A stretch of DNA of 64,000 bases from Escherichia coli (GTDB taxonomy: Bacteria; Pseudomonadota; Gammaproteobacteria; Enterobacterales; Enterobacteriaceae), in NCBI RefSeq assembly GCF_003334355.1, contig NZ_QOWP01000012.1; one strand, written 5' to 3'. The position numbers and the translations under genes were made by a program. Under the pieces are notes generated by a model. It saw only the letters and a program-made list of their open reading frames with translations. It made no database searches and was not told the origin of the DNA. Every line of letters begins with the position of its first letter. The first letter of the stretch is position 1. Below are positions 45,796 through 57,734 of the stretch, piece after piece.

Positions 45796-47667
45796 TTATC
45801 TACGCATGAATGCGTATTCTGATTGTGGTTGTGCGACGTAATGCCCCGGCCCGACGCATTGCAACGAGACGGCTGCCACCTCTTCGCCACGCAGATGAAT
45901 ATTGCTGGGAAGATCGTCCGACAGCAGTACACGCTGCGGTCGTTGTCGGGACGGTTCAGCGACCGGAACTGCCGCCAGTAATTTACGCGTATAAGGATGC
46001 TGCGGGTTTTCGAAGACCGCGCGCCGTGGACCAATTTCAACAATTTGCCCGAGATACATCACCGCCACACGATGACTAATCCGCTCTACCACGGCCATAT
46101 CGTGGGAGATAAACAGATACGCAATGCCGAAATCACGCTGGAGATCGAGCAACAAGTTGATAATCTGCCCGCGAATAGAAACATCCAGCGCCGAAACGGC
46201 TTCGTCGGCAATGATCACTTTTGGATTCAATGCCAACGCGCGAGCAATGCAGATGCGCTGGCGCTGACCGCCGGAAAACTCATGCGGGTAACGCCAGGCA
46301 TGTTCAGGTAACAGGCCCACGCGCTCCAGCAACCACGCAACGCGTGCAGCCGCGTCTTTACCTGGCAATAAACCGTGTACACGCAGCGGTTCGATAATCG
46401 AATCACCGATGGTCTGACGTGGGTCCAGCGAAGCGTAAGGGTCCTGAAAAATAAACTGAATATCCCGGCGCAATGCCTGAAGTTTGCCGGGTGACAAGGT
46501 ATCGATTCTCTGACCGTTAAAGATAATTTCGCCGCCCTGCGATTCGACCAGGCGCAGCAACGCCCGCCCGGTAGTGGATTTACCGCTGCCAGACTCGCCC
46601 ACCAGCGATAGCGTTTCGCCAGGCCAGAGATCAAAACTGACTTTCTCAACGGCATGCACTTCCCGCGTTACGCGATTCAACAAACCGCTGCGCAAAGGGA
46701 AACGGGTGACAAGATTACGCACTCGTAAAACAGGTTCGCCATCCACCACCGTTTTCTGCTCGATGGGGGGGGCCTGTTTCGCTGGATGTTCAAGCGATAT
46801 CAACGGGAAACGTCGGGGATAATCTAACCCTTTCATCGCACCAAGTTGCGGAACAGCAGCTAACAGCGCACGGGTGTAAGGATGTTGCGGTGCATGAAAA
46901 ATCTGTTCGACGGTACCCGTTTCCACCGCCTCGCCCTGATACATCACCAGTACCCGATCGGCAATCTCTGCCACCACGCCCATATCGTGAGTGATAAAGA
47001 TAACGCCCATCGACATCTCTTTTTGCAATACTTTGATTAATTGCAGGATCTGCGCCTGAATAGTGACATCCAGCGCGGTGGTTGGCTCATCGGCAATCAG
47101 CACCGCCGGGCGGCATGACAGCGCCATCGCAATCATCACTCGCTGGCGCATCCCGCCAGAGAGTTGATGCGGATAACGTGAAAGAATGGTTTGTGCCTCA
47201 GGAATGCGTACCTGATCCAGCATCCGCTTCGCCTCGACCATCGCTTCTTCACGACTGGCGTTCTGATGCAGACGAATTGATTCGGCAATCTGTTCACCCA
47301 CAGTAAATACCGGGTTCAGCGATGTCATCGGCTCCTGAAATATCATCGCCATATCCGCACCGCGAACATGGCGCATTTGTGCAGCGTTCTGCTCGCTAAG
47401 TTCAATCACTTCGCGACTGCGCCGCTGCAACAGCATTTTATCGCACTGTACTAAACCGCCCGCCTGTTCCAACAGGCGCATCAATGCCAACGCAGTCACT
47501 GACTTACCGGAGCCGGATTCGCCAACAATTGCCAGCGTCTCACCGCGTTGCAGACTAAAAGAGAGATTGCGGACCGCAGCTATTTTCTGCTGGTCCTGCA
47601 TAAAGGCAATATTCAGATTTTCAACCGCCAGCACATTACCGGCATCAAGTTCATCACTGTGTGGCAA
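45796..47667 (-). CDS. gsiA: Glutathione ABC transporter ATP-binding protein (two fused ATPase domains)
   Basis: 623 aa from an apparent TTG start (complement of CAA at 47665-47667); two Walker A (GESGSGKS) and two LSGG signature motifs. Confidence 0.88.
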   Translation of the reverse strand: MPHSDELDAGNVLAVENLNIAFMQDQQKIAAVRNLSFSLQRGETLAIVGESGSGKSVTALALMRLLEQAGGLVQCDKMLLQRRSREVIELSEQNAAQMRHVRGADMAMIFQEPMTSLNPVFTVGEQIAESIRLHQNASREEAMVEAKRMLDQVRIPEAQTILSRYPHQLSGGMRQRVMIAMALSCRPAVLIADEPTTALDVTIQAQILQLIKVLQKEMSMGVIFITHDMGVVAEIADRVLVMYQGEAVETGTVEQIFHAPQHPYTRALLAAVPQLGAMKGLDYPRRFPLISLEHPAKQAPPIEQKTVVDGEPVLRVRNLVTRFPLRSGLLNRVTREVHAVEKVSFDLWPGETLSLVGESGSGKSTTGRALLRLVESQGGEIIFNGQRIDTLSPGKLQALRRDIQFIFQDPYASLDPRQTIGDSIIEPLRVHGLLPGKDAAARVAWLLERVGLLPEHAWRYPHEFSGGQRQRICIARALALNPKVIIADEAVSALDVSIRGQIINLLLDLQRDFGIAYLFISHDMAVVERISHRVAVMYLGQIVEIGPRRAVFENPQHPYTRKLLAAVPVAEPSRQRPQRVLLSDDLPSNIHLRGEEVAAVSLQCVGPGHYVAQPQSEYAFMRR

Positions 47668-48619
47668 CGGTGTCCCCTTTTTCACGGTAGATACCGGTGA
47701 TTGGCGTATCGCCTGCGTAGCCCCAGGCGCGATACATTCCTTCGGTGTTAAACGGTAGCGCGACATTCCCTTCATGGTCGATAGCGATTAAGCCACCGCT
47801 ACCGCCAAGCGCAGGGAGTTTTTCCATTACTACCCGCTCGCAGGCTTCCGCGAGACTTAATCCGCCGTAATCCATTAACGCGGCGATGTCATATGCCGCC
47901 AGCGCGCGGATGAAGACTTCGCCCGTGCCGGTACAAGAAACCGCCACACTGGCGTTATTGGCGTAGCATCCGGCACCCACTAAGGGACTATCGCCAACTC
48001 GTCCGGGTAATTTATTGGTCATTCCGCCTGTGGACGTGGCTGCCGCCAAATTGCCGTCTAAATCCAACGCCACGGCCCCCACGGTGCCCATTTTCTGTTT
48101 TTCATCCAGTGGCGCACCGCTATGGTCGAGGACGGTTGCCCCTTCCTTGCGCGCTGCCAGTAGTTGTTCATAACGCAAAGGCGTGGAGAAAATCTCCGGC
48201 GAGACGCGCTCCATGCCACGAGCAAACGCAAAATTTTCTGCCCCTTCGCCAATCATCATCACATGCGGGCTTTGCTCCATCACCAGCCGGGCGGCAAGAA
48301 CCGGATTACGCAGATGACTAACGCCCGCCACCGCACCGGCTTTCAGGGTGTTACCATCCATCACACAGGCGTCCAGTTCATGGGTTTCATCACGCGTAAA
48401 GACAGCGCCAATTCCGGCGTTAAACAGTGGACACTCTTCCAGCAGACGCACCGCTTCCGTCACCACATCCAGCGCACTTTCGCCCGCTTCCAGCATTTTC
48501 TGCCCGGTTTCAACAATGGCAGACAACGCCTCAATGTAGCGTAATTCCTGTTGCAGACTCATCTGCGCGCGGCTAATTGCACCTGCGCCACCATGAATTG
48601 CAATGACTGCTTTGCCCAT
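47654..48619 (-). CDS. iaaA: Isoaspartyl dipeptidase / L-asparaginase-like Ntn hydrolase
   Basis: 321 aa; autoprocessing GT motif (GTVGAVALD); 3' end overlaps the gsiA start by 14 nt. Confidence 0.92.
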   Translation of the reverse strand: MGKAVIAIHGGAGAISRAQMSLQQELRYIEALSAIVETGQKMLEAGESALDVVTEAVRLLEECPLFNAGIGAVFTRDETHELDACVMDGNTLKAGAVAGVSHLRNPVLAARLVMEQSPHVMMIGEGAENFAFARGMERVSPEIFSTPLRYEQLLAARKEGATVLDHSGAPLDEKQKMGTVGAVALDLDGNLAAATSTGGMTNKLPGRVGDSPLVGAGCYANNASVAVSCTGTGEVFIRALAAYDIAALMDYGGLSLAEACERVVMEKLPALGGSGGLIAIDHEGNVALPFNTEGMYRAWGYAGDTPITGIYREKGDTVATQ

Positions 48620-48822
48620 AGTATTCGTCCATTAAGGGTGGCTCGCCACTTTTGCTATAAATATCAGAATTTTTATGAATTACTCATTCAATTTTTGAAT
48701 ATAGAAAGATGGATATGGCATGTAAAGGCAGGAGCCAACGCTACGCCCGAGGTGGCATACAGTCTGTGGCGTTTTTCTGACATAATAGGCAAATTCGATT
48801 TTGCCTCCGCAGGAGTGTTTTC

Positions 48823-50058
48823 ATGGAATTTACCACCGGATTGATGTCGCTCGACACCGCGCTTAATGAGATGCTTTCTCGCGTTACCCCATTGACCACC
48901 CAGGAAACGCTGCCACTGGTACAGTGTTTTGGTCGTATTCTGGCGAGCGATGTCGTTTCGCCGCTTGATGTTCCGGGGTTTGACAACTCCGCAATGGACG
49001 GCTACGCGGTGCGTTTAGCCGATATTGCCTCCGGGCAACCGCTGCCCGTTGCCGGTAAATCCTTTGCCGGTCAGCCATACCATGGTGAATGGCCTGCGGG
49101 CACCTGCATTCGTATTATGACCGGTGCGCCGGTGCCGGAAGGCTGCGAAGCGGTGGTGATGCAGGAGCAGACTGAACAAACGGACAATGGCGTGCGTTTT
49201 ACTGCTGAAGTGCGTAGCGGGCAAAATATTCGCCGTCGCGGTGAAGATATCTCTGCAGGTGCGGTTGTTTTCCCGGCGGGAACTCGCCTGACTACCGCTG
49301 AACTGCCAGTGATTGCTTCACTGGGGATTGCCGAAGTTCCGGTGATTCGTAAAGTGCGTGTAGCGCTTTTTTCTACCGGTGATGAACTCCAGTTGCCCGG
49401 TCAGCCACTGGGCGATGGCCAAATCTACGATACCAACCGTCTCGCCGTACACCTGATGTTAGAACAGCTGGGTTGCGAGGTAATCAACTTAGGGATTATC
49501 CGCGACGATCCCCATGCCCTGCGCGCCGCATTTATTGAAGCCGACAGCCAGGCGGATGTAGTGATCAGTTCCGGCGGTGTTTCAGTGGGTGAAGCGGATT
49601 ACACCAAAACGATTCTTGAAGAGCTGGGGGAGATCGCCTTCTGGAAGCTGGCGATTAAACCAGGTAAACCGTTCGCGTTCGGTAAACTCAGCAATAGCTG
49701 GTTCTGCGGCCTGCCGGGCAACCCGGTTTCAGCGACGCTGACCTTCTATCAACTGGTACAGCCTTTGCTGGCAAAACTAAGCGGCAACACCGCCAGCGGC
49801 CTGCCCGCGCGCCAGCGCGTACGCACAGCGTCCCGCCTGAAAAAAACGCCAGGACGTCTTGATTTCCAGCGCGGCGTGCTGCACCGCAACGCCGATGGCG
49901 AACTGGAAGTGACGACCACCGGACATCAGGGCTCACATATATTCAGCTCCTTTAGCCTCGGCAACTGCTTTATCGTACTGGAACGCGATCGCGGCAATGT
50001 GGAAGTGGGCGAATGGGTGGAAGTAGAACCGTTTAACGCGTTGTTCGGAGGCCTGTAA
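48823..50058 (+). CDS. moeA: Molybdopterin molybdenumtransferase
   Basis: 411 aa; [18 protein letters not shown]. Confidence 0.93.
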   Translation: MEFTTGLMSLDTALNEMLSRVTPLTTQETLPLVQCFGRILASDVVSPLDVPGFDNSAMDGYAVRLADIASGQPLPVAGKSFAGQPYHGEWPAGTCIRIMTGAPVPEGCEAVVMQEQTEQTDNGVRFTAEVRSGQNIRRRGEDISAGAVVFPAGTRLTTAELPVIASLGIAEVPVIRKVRVALFSTGDELQLPGQPLGDGQIYDTNRLAVHLMLEQLGCEVINLGIIRDDPHALRAAFIEADSQADVVISSGGVSVGEADYTKTILEELGEIAFWKLAIKPGKPFAFGKLSNSWFCGLPGNPVSATLTFYQLVQPLLAKLSGNTASGLPARQRVRTASRLKKTPGRLDFQRGVLHRNADGELEVTTTGHQGSHIFSSFSLGNCFIVLERDRGNVEVGEWVEVEPFNALFGGL

Positions 50059-50807
50059 TGGCGGAACTCAGCGATCAGGAGATGCTGCGCTACAACCGGC
50101 AAATCATTCTGCGCGGTTTTGATTTTGACGGTCAGGAGGCGCTAAAAGATTCTCGTGTGCTGGTAGTCGGCCTCGGTGGACTCGGCTGCGCAGCTTCGCA
50201 GTATCTGGCAAGCGCCGGTGTCGGCAACCTGACGCTGCTCGACTTCGACTCGGTTTCGCTCTCGAATCTGCAACGCCAGACGCTGCACAGTGATGCCACG
50301 GTCGGGCAACCGAAGGTGGAATCCGCCCGTGACGCCCTGGCGCGGATCAATCCACATATCGCGATTACGCCAGTCAATGCACTGCTGGATGACGCAGAAC
50401 TTGCAGCATTGATTGCTGAACACGATCTGGTGCTCGACTGTACGGATAACGTTGCGGTACGTAATCAACTGAACGCAGGCTGTTTTGCCGCGAAGGTGCC
50501 GCTGGTTTCCGGCGCGGCAATTCGTATGGAAGGGCAAATCACGGTCTTCACTTATCAGGACGGCGAACCGTGCTATCGCTGCCTTAGCCGTTTGTTTGGC
50601 GAGAACGCATTAACCTGCGTAGAAGCAGGCGTGATGGCACCGTTGATCGGCGTAATTGGTTCGTTGCAGGCAATGGAAGCGATCAAACTGCTGGCAGGTT
50701 ATGGCAAACCGGCCAGCGGGAAAATCGTCATGTACGATGCGATGACCTGTCAGTTTCGCGAAATGAAACTGATGCGCAATCCGGGGTGTGAGGTGTGCGG
50801 GCAGTAA
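50058..50807 (+). CDS. moeB: Molybdopterin-synthase adenylyltransferase (ThiF/MoeB family)
   Basis: 249 aa; GLGGLGC nucleotide motif and CxxC pairs; start overlaps the moeA stop (TAATG). Confidence 0.93.
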   Translation: MAELSDQEMLRYNRQIILRGFDFDGQEALKDSRVLVVGLGGLGCAASQYLASAGVGNLTLLDFDSVSLSNLQRQTLHSDATVGQPKVESARDALARINPHIAITPVNALLDDAELAALIAEHDLVLDCTDNVAVRNQLNAGCFAAKVPLVSGAAIRMEGQITVFTYQDGEPCYRCLSRLFGENALTCVEAGVMAPLIGVIGSLQAMEAIKLLAGYGKPASGKIVMYDAMTCQFREMKLMRNPGCEVCGQ

Positions 50808-50817
50808 TTGCCACCTC

Positions 50818-50900
50818 CAGGCCTGATAAGACGCGACAAGCGTCGCATCAGGCATTTGCTCCAGACGCCAGATGCGGCGTGAACGCCTTATCTGGCCTAC
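50818..50900. repeat. REP/BIME cluster between convergent moeB and fsaA
   Basis: GCCTGATAAGACGCGACAAGCGTCGCATCAGGC and CAGATGCGGCGTGAACGCCTTATCTGGCCTAC. Confidence 0.85.
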
Positions 50901-50985
50901 GGTTCGGGCACAGATTTCCAAGCGCGGCAGGCATCGGTGCACTCCGCCACGTCATCAGCAATTTATGAGGATGCAGAACGTCCGG

Positions 50986-51648
50986 TTAAATCGACGTTCT
51001 GCCAAACGCTCCCTGCCAGTCCTGCTCAAACTTCGCCACAGCGGCTTCCACCGCCGGATAGCTAATCATCTGTTGTGCCACATCCAGTGGCAGAGTAATT
51101 GATTCACATCCTGCCAGTAAGCAGTCCAGCGCCTGACGCGGGGTTTTGAAACTCGCTGCCAGCACTTTCGCCTGCGGCGCATGCATTTTCAATAACTGGT
51201 GTAAGTCGGTCACAGTCTGAATGCCGCTACCGCCCTGAGCATCAATACGATTAACGTAAGGCGCAACATATTCCGCACCTGCCAGCGCCGACAGCAGCCC
51301 TTGTGCTGCGCCATATACCGCGGTTCCCAGCGTTGGAATCCCTTCCGCTTTTAACATCTTAATAGCTGCCAGCCCCTCGGCGGTCACCGGAACTTTCACC
51401 ACGATATCCGCAATAATAGAACGCAATTTACGTGCGTCATTCACCATCCCTTCAGCAGTGGTAGCCATTACCTGGGCAAACAGACGCCCCTGACCGCCCA
51501 TCGCTTCATGAAGTTGCGGAAGCACAACATCCAGCGGTTTTTTACCCGCGGCGATAATGCTTGGGTTAGTGGTCACACCCGCCAGCGGAAAAATACGTGA
51601 CAGCGCCTTCACCGCAACAACGTCTGAAGTATCCAGATACAGTTCCAT
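50986..51648 (-). CDS. fsaA: Fructose-6-phosphate aldolase 1
   Basis: 220 aa from the ATG ([30 protein letters not shown]); transaldolase-like fold. Confidence 0.92.
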   Translation of the reverse strand: MELYLDTSDVVAVKALSRIFPLAGVTTNPSIIAAGKKPLDVVLPQLHEAMGGQGRLFAQVMATTAEGMVNDARKLRSIIADIVVKVPVTAEGLAAIKMLKAEGIPTLGTAVYGAAQGLLSALAGAEYVAPYVNRIDAQGGSGIQTVTDLHQLLKMHAPQAKVLAASFKTPRQALDCLLAGCESITLPLDVAQQMISYPAVEAAVAKFEQDWQGAFGRTSI

Positions 51649-51778
51649 AACCATCCTCAAAATGTACTTTTTGTCTGAATGTAGACTATCACGGGAAAAC
51701 TCTCTGAACAGTTGACGCACATCAATCTAACTTTCATTCGAAAGTATTTTAATGCTTGAACGAAATAGAGAGGCAACT

Positions 51779-52678
51779 ATGATTTTCAATATTCAGCGCT
51801 ACTCGACCCATGATGGCCCCGGTATCCGCACGGTCGTATTTCTTAAAGGCTGTTCGCTGGGCTGCCGCTGGTGTCAGAACCCGGAAAGCCGCGCCCGCAC
51901 GCAGGATCTGCTGTATGACGCACGACTGTGTCTGGAAGGCTGCGAGCTGTGCGCTAAGGCCGCGCCGGAAGTGATTGAGCGCGCGCTGAATGGTTTGCTT
52001 ATTCATCGGGAAAAGTTAACCCCGGAGCATCTGACGGCGTTAACCGACTGCTGTCCGACACAGGCATTAACCGTGTGTGGTGAAGTGAAAAGCGTTGAGG
52101 AGATCATGACGACCGTTCTGCGCGATAAACCGTTTTACGATCGCAGCGGCGGCGGTTTAACGCTTTCGGGTGGTGAGCCCTTTATGCAGCCGGAAATGGC
52201 GATGGCGCTACTGCAAGCCAGCCACGAGGCAGGCATTCATACTGCGGTAGAAACCTGTCTGCATGTGCCGTGGAAATATATCGCCCCTTCTCTGCCCTAT
52301 ATCGATCTGTTTCTTGCCGATTTAAAACACGTTGCCGACGCGCCGTTTAAACAGTGGACCGACGGTAACGCCGCCAGAGTGCTGGATAACCTGAAAAAAC
52401 TCGCCGCAGCGGGCAAAAAAATCATTATCCGCGTGCCGCTGATTCAGGGCTTTAATGCCGACGAAACCTCTGTAAAAGCCATTACCGATTTTGCCGCCGA
52501 CGAGCTGCACGTTGGCGAAATTCATTTTCTGCCCTACCACACGCTGGGCATCAACAAATATCACTTACTTAATCTGCCCTATGACGCCCCGGAAAAACCG
52601 CTTGATGCGCCAGAACTGCTCGACTTTGCCCAGCAGTATGCCTGCCAGAAAGGGTTAACCGCGACCTTACGAGGATAA
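51779..52678 (+). CDS. ybiY: Glycyl-radical-enzyme activating enzyme (radical SAM)
   Basis: 299 aa from the ATG at 51779; CxxxCxxC radical-SAM motif ([10 protein letters not shown]) and a ferredoxin-like Cys-rich insert. Confidence 0.9.
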
Positions 52679-52683
52679 CAACC

Positions 52684-55116
52684 ATGACCACACTGAAACT
52701 GGACACGCTCAGCGACCGCATTAAAGCGCACAAAAATGCGCTGGTGCATATTGTGAAACCGCCAGTCTGTACCGAGCGCGCGCAGCACTATACCGAGATG
52801 TATCAACAACATCTCGATAAGCCGATCCCGGTACGTCGCGCGCTGGCACTGGCGCATCACCTGGCGAATCGCACCATCTGGATCAAACACGATGAGTTGA
52901 TCATTGGCAACCAGGCAAGCGAAGTTCGCGCCGCGCCGATCTTCCCGGAATATACTGTCTCGTGGATCGAAAAAGAGATTGATGATCTGGCAGATCGTCC
53001 CGGTGCTGGCTTTGCGGTGAGCGAAGAGAACAAACGCGTTCTGCATGAAGTGTGCCCGTGGTGGCGCGGTCAGACCGTACAGGATCGCTGCTACGGCATG
53101 TTTACCGATGAGCAAAAAGGTCTGCTGGCGACCGGAATCATTAAAGCGGAAGGCAATATGACCTCCGGCGATGCGCACCTGGCGGTGAATTTCCCGCTGC
53201 TGCTGGAAAAAGGGCTTGATGGTCTGCGCGAGAAAGTAGCGGAACGTCGCTCGCGCATCAACCTGACGGTGCTGGAAGATTTACACGGTGAGCAATTCCT
53301 GAAAGCGATTGATATCGTGCTGGTGGCAGTCAGTGAACACATTGAACGTTTCGCTGCCCTGGCGCGTGAAATGGCCGCGACCGAAACCCGCGAAAGCCGT
53401 CGCGATGAACTGCTGGCGATGGCAGAAAACTGCGATCTTATCGCCCACCAGCCGCCGCAGACTTTCTGGCAGGCGCTGCAACTGTGTTACTTCATCCAGT
53501 TGATTTTGCAGATCGAATCTAACGGTCACTCAGTATCGTTTGGTCGTATGGACCAGTATCTCTACCCGTACTATCGCCGCGACGTTGAACTCAACCAGAC
53601 GCTGGATCGCGAACACGCCATCGAGATGCTGCATAGCTGCTGGCTGAAACTGCTGGAAGTGAACAAGATCCGCTCCGGCTCACACTCAAAAGCCTCTGCG
53701 GGAAGTCCGCTGTATCAGAACGTCACTATTGGCGGGCAAAATCTGGTTGATGGTCAACCAATGGACGCGGTGAATCCACTCTCTTACGCGATCCTCGAAT
53801 CCTGCGGTCGCCTGCGTTCCACTCAGCCTAACCTCAGCGTGCGTTACCATGCAGGAATGAGCAACGATTTCCTCGACGCCTGCGTACAGGTGATCCGTTG
53901 CGGCTTCGGGATGCCGGCGTTCAACAACGACGAAATCGTGATCCCGGAATTTATTAAACTCGGTATTGAACCGCAGGACGCTTATGACTACGCAGCGATT
54001 GGTTGTATAGAAACCGCCGTCGGTGGCAAATGGGGCTATCGCTGTACCGGCATGAGCTTTATCAACTTCGCCCGCGTGATGCTGGCGGCGCTGGAAGGCG
54101 GGCATGATGCCACCAGCGGCAAAGTGTTCCTGCCACAAGAAAAAGCGTTGTCGGCAGGTAACTTCAACAACTTCGATGAAGTGATGGACGCGTGGGATAC
54201 GCAAATCCGTTACTACACCCGCAAATCAATCGAAATCGAATATGTCGTCGACACCATGCTGGAAGAGAACGTGCACGATATTCTCTGCTCGGCGCTGGTG
54301 GATGACTGTATTGAGCGAGCGAAAAGTATCAAGCAAGGCGGCGCGAAATATGACTGGGTTTCTGGCCTGCAGGTCGGCATTGCCAACCTCGGCAACAGCC
54401 TGGCGGCAGTGAAGAAACTGGTGTTTGAACAAGGTGCGATTGGTCAGCAACAGCTTGCTGCCGCACTGGCAGATGACTTCGACGGCCTGACTCACGAGCA
54501 GCTGCGTCAGCGGCTGATTAACGGTGCGCCGAAGTACGGCAACGACGATGATACTGTCGATACGCTGCTGGCTCGCGCTTATCAGACCTATATCGACGAA
54601 CTGAAACAGTACCATAATCCGCGCTACGGTCGTGGTCCGGTTGGCGGCAACTATTACGCGGGTACGTCATCAATCTCCGCTAACGTACCGTTTGGCGCGC
54701 AGACTATGGCAACACCGGACGGGCGTAAAGCCCACACCCCGCTGGCAGAAGGCGCAAGCCCGGCCTCCGGTACTGACCATCTTGGCCCTACTGCGGTCAT
54801 TGGCTCAGTGGGTAAACTGCCTACGGCAGCGATTCTCGGCGGCGTGTTGCTCAACCAGAAACTGAATCCGGCAACGCTGGAGAACGAATCTGACAAGCAG
54901 AAACTGATGATCCTGCTGCGTACCTTCTTTGAAGTGCATAAAGGCTGGCATATTCAGTACAACATCGTTTCCCGCGAAACGCTGCTGGATGCGAAAAAAC
55001 ATCCCGATCAGTATCGCGATCTGGTAGTGCGTGTCGCGGGCTATTCCGCGTTCTTCACCGCGCTCTCTCCAGACGCTCAGGACGATATCATCGCCCGTAC
55101 TGAACATATGCTGTAA
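52684..55116 (+). CDS. ybiW: Pyruvate-formate-lyase-like glycyl radical enzyme, substrate unassigned
   Basis: 810 aa; C-terminal glycyl-radical signature VVRVAGYSAFF; starts 6 nt after ybiY. Confidence 0.9.
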   Translation: MTTLKLDTLSDRIKAHKNALVHIVKPPVCTERAQHYTEMYQQHLDKPIPVRRALALAHHLANRTIWIKHDELIIGNQASEVRAAPIFPEYTVSWIEKEIDDLADRPGAGFAVSEENKRVLHEVCPWWRGQTVQDRCYGMFTDEQKGLLATGIIKAEGNMTSGDAHLAVNFPLLLEKGLDGLREKVAERRSRINLTVLEDLHGEQFLKAIDIVLVAVSEHIERFAALAREMAATETRESRRDELLAMAENCDLIAHQPPQTFWQALQLCYFIQLILQIESNGHSVSFGRMDQYLYPYYRRDVELNQTLDREHAIEMLHSCWLKLLEVNKIRSGSHSKASAGSPLYQNVTIGGQNLVDGQPMDAVNPLSYAILESCGRLRSTQPNLSVRYHAGMSNDFLDACVQVIRCGFGMPAFNNDEIVIPEFIKLGIEPQDAYDYAAIGCIETAVGGKWGYRCTGMSFINFARVMLAALEGGHDATSGKVFLPQEKALSAGNFNNFDEVMDAWDTQIRYYTRKSIEIEYVVDTMLEENVHDILCSALVDDCIERAKSIKQGGAKYDWVSGLQVGIANLGNSLAAVKKLVFEQGAIGQQQLAAALADDFDGLTHEQLRQRLINGAPKYGNDDDTVDTLLARAYQTYIDELKQYHNPRYGRGPVGGNYYAGTSSISANVPFGAQTMATPDGRKAHTPLAEGASPASGTDHLGPTAVIGSVGKLPTAAILGGVLLNQKLNPATLENESDKQKLMILLRTFFEVHKGWHIQYNIVSRETLLDAKKHPDQYRDLVVRVAGYSAFFTALSPDAQDDIIARTEHML

Positions 55117-55261
55117 TCTCCTCGGCCCGGCGGCGTCGTCGCCGGGCTAAATCATTCACATCATCAATTTCATCCTTACTTTCATTCGAAATATAATTTG
55201 TGCTCTGCGTCACATTGTTATTACACTGTTACGGTTTCATTTTCGAGCCAGGAGCACACCT

Positions 55262-56077
55262 ATGAGCGTAAAAGTTATCGTCACAGACATGGACGGTACT
55301 TTTCTTAACGACGCCAAAACGTACAACCAACCACGTTTTATGGCGCAATATCAGGAACTGAAAAAGCGCGGCATTAAGTTCGTTGTTGCCAGCGGTAATC
55401 AGTATTACCAGCTTATTTCATTCTTTCCTGAGCTAAAGGATGAGATCTCTTTTGTCGCGGAAAACGGCGCACTGGTTTACGAACATGGCAAGCAGTTGTT
55501 CCACGGCGAACTAACCCGACATGAATCGCGGATTGTTATTGGCGAGTTGCTAAAAGATAAGCAACTCAATTTTGTCGCCTGCGGTCTGCAAAGTGCATAT
55601 GTCAGCGAAAATGCCCCCGAAGCATTTGTCGCACTGATGGCAAAACACTACCATCGCCTGAAACCTGTAAAAGATTATCAGGAGATTGACGACGTACTGT
55701 TCAAGTTTTCGCTCAACCTGCCGGATGAACAAATCCCGTTAGTGATCGACAAACTGCACGTAGCGCTCGATGGCATTATGAAACCCGTTACCAGTGGTTT
55801 TGGCTTTATCGACCTGATTATTCCCGGTCTACATAAAGCAAACGGTATTTCGCGGTTACTGAAACGCTGGGATCTGTCACCGCAAAATGTGGTAGCGATT
55901 GGCGACAGCGGTAACGATGCGGAGATGCTGAAAATGGCGCGTTATTCCTTTGCGATGGGCAATGCTGCGGAAAACATTAAACAAATCGCCCGTTACGCTA
56001 CCGATGATAATAATCATGAAGGCGCGCTGAATGTGATTCAGGCGGTGCTGGATAACACATCCCCTTTTAACAGCTGA
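55262..56077 (+). CDS. ybiV: HAD-superfamily Cof-like sugar phosphatase
   Basis: 271 aa; [14 protein letters not shown]; strongly similar to ybjI at 29056. Confidence 0.9.
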
Positions 56078-56228
56078 CCTCTCTACCGGAGCCGTGCGCT
56101 CCGGTTTTCCCTTCTTTTTACATCCTGTACATCACATCAAATCATTAAACTTGCATTAACTTATTTATAACTTATATTGTCACATGCAAATCAGAATGGT
56201 TTCGAATGAAAGTTAATGAGAGGTGGTT

Positions 56229-57494
56229 ATGGCTTCTACTTTTACCAGCGACACATTGCCTGCCGATCACAAAGCAGCTATCCGTCAGATGAAGCACGCG
56301 CTGCGGGCGCAGCTTGGCGACGTCCAGCAGATCTTTAATCAGCTAAGCGATGACATTGCCACGCGAGTGGCTGAAATCAACGCACTCAAAGCACAGGGCG
56401 ATGCCGTCTGGCCGGTGCTGTCTTATGCCGATATCAAAGCAGGTCATGTTACTGCAGAGCAGCGCGAACAGATTAAACGTCGCGGTTGTGCGGTGATAAA
56501 AGGCCATTTCCCCCGCGAACAAGCGCTAGGCTGGGATCAGTCGATGCTGGACTATCTGGACCGCAACCGCTTTGACGAGGTCTACAAAGGCCCCGGCGAT
56601 AATTTCTTCGGGACGCTCAGCGCTTCACGTCCCGAGATTTACCCCATCTACTGGTCGCAGGCGCAAATGCAGGCCCGCCAGAGTGAAGAAATGGCGAATG
56701 CGCAGTCGTTTCTCAATCGTCTGTGGACATTTGAAAGTGATGGAAAGCAATGGTTTAACCCGGATGTGAGCGTCATCTACCCTGACCGTATCCGCCGCCG
56801 TCCGCCCGGAACGACCTCCAAAGGTCTTGGAGCGCATACCGACTCCGGGGCACTGGAACGCTGGCTGCTTCCAGCGTATCAGCGCGTTTTCGCCAACGTC
56901 TTTAATGGCAATCTGGCGCAATATGATCCCTGGCATGCGGCACATCGTACGGAAGTTGAAGAGTACACGGTGGACAACACCACCAAATGTTCCGTGTTTC
57001 GGACATTCCAGGGCTGGACAGCGCTCTCTGATATGCTGCCTGGTCAGGGGCTGCTGCACGTCGTGCCCATTCCTGAAGCTATGGCGTACGTACTGTTACG
57101 TCCGCTGCTTGATGATGTGCCGGAGGATGAACTGTGCGGCGTAGCGCCCGGAAGAGTATTGCCGGTATCAGAGCAATGGCATCCACTGTTGATTGAGGCG
57201 TTAACCAGCATTCCAAAACTCGAAGCCGGAGACTCCGTCTGGTGGCACTGCGACGTCATCCATTCCGTTGCCCCCGTTGAAAATCAACAAGGTTGGGGCA
57301 ACGTGATGTACATTCCTGCGGCACCGATGTGCGAGAAAAATCTTGCCTACGCGCACAAGGTGAAGGCCGCACTGGAAAAAGGCGCATCGCCGGGCGACTT
57401 CCCGCGCGAGGACTATGAAACAAACTGGGAAGGACGCTTTACGCTTGCCGACCTCAACATTCACGGTAAGCGAGCGTTGGGCATGGATGTTTGA
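56229..57494 (+). CDS. ybiU: Uncharacterised DUF1479-family protein
   Basis: 421 aa from the ATG at 56229 (longest ORF begins at a GTG at 56223). Confidence 0.85.
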   Translation: MASTFTSDTLPADHKAAIRQMKHALRAQLGDVQQIFNQLSDDIATRVAEINALKAQGDAVWPVLSYADIKAGHVTAEQREQIKRRGCAVIKGHFPREQALGWDQSMLDYLDRNRFDEVYKGPGDNFFGTLSASRPEIYPIYWSQAQMQARQSEEMANAQSFLNRLWTFESDGKQWFNPDVSVIYPDRIRRRPPGTTSKGLGAHTDSGALERWLLPAYQRVFANVFNGNLAQYDPWHAAHRTEVEEYTVDNTTKCSVFRTFQGWTALSDMLPGQGLLHVVPIPEAMAYVLLRPLLDDVPEDELCGVAPGRVLPVSEQWHPLLIEALTSIPKLEAGDSVWWHCDVIHSVAPVENQQGWGNVMYIPAAPMCEKNLAYAHKVKAALEKGASPGDFPREDYETNWEGRFTLADLNIHGKRALGMDV

Positions 57495-57572
57495 GAATTA
57501 ATGGAAGTGAATTGATGTGGGATTAAGAAAATCGATTCGACGTTACTCAGATTGCTGACAAATGCGCTTTGT

Positions 57573-57676
57573 TAATGCCTGATGCGGCGTTAACGCCTTA
57601 TCCGGCCTACAAAGTCCTGCAGATTCAATATATTGCAGGTACTGCGTAGGCCTGATAAGCGTAGCGCATCAGGCTA
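57573..57676. repeat. REP/BIME cluster between ybiU and ybiT
   Basis: GCCTGATGCGGCGTTAACGCCTTATCCGGCCTAC and GTAGGCCTGATAAGCGTAGCGCATCAGGC, with an internal CCTGCA...TGCAGG hairpin. Confidence 0.85.
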
Positions 57677-57734
57677 TTTTGCATTTGTCATCAGCCGCCG
57701 TCACCCCGACAGTATCGGGGTGACGGATAATCAC

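Noticed and set aside
48620-48822. Possible Moco riboswitch upstream of moeA
   Set aside because: The molybdenum-cofactor riboswitch is associated with moaA, not moeA. The 200-bp divergent iaaA/moeA region shows no extended conserved stem-loop architecture that I can recognise.
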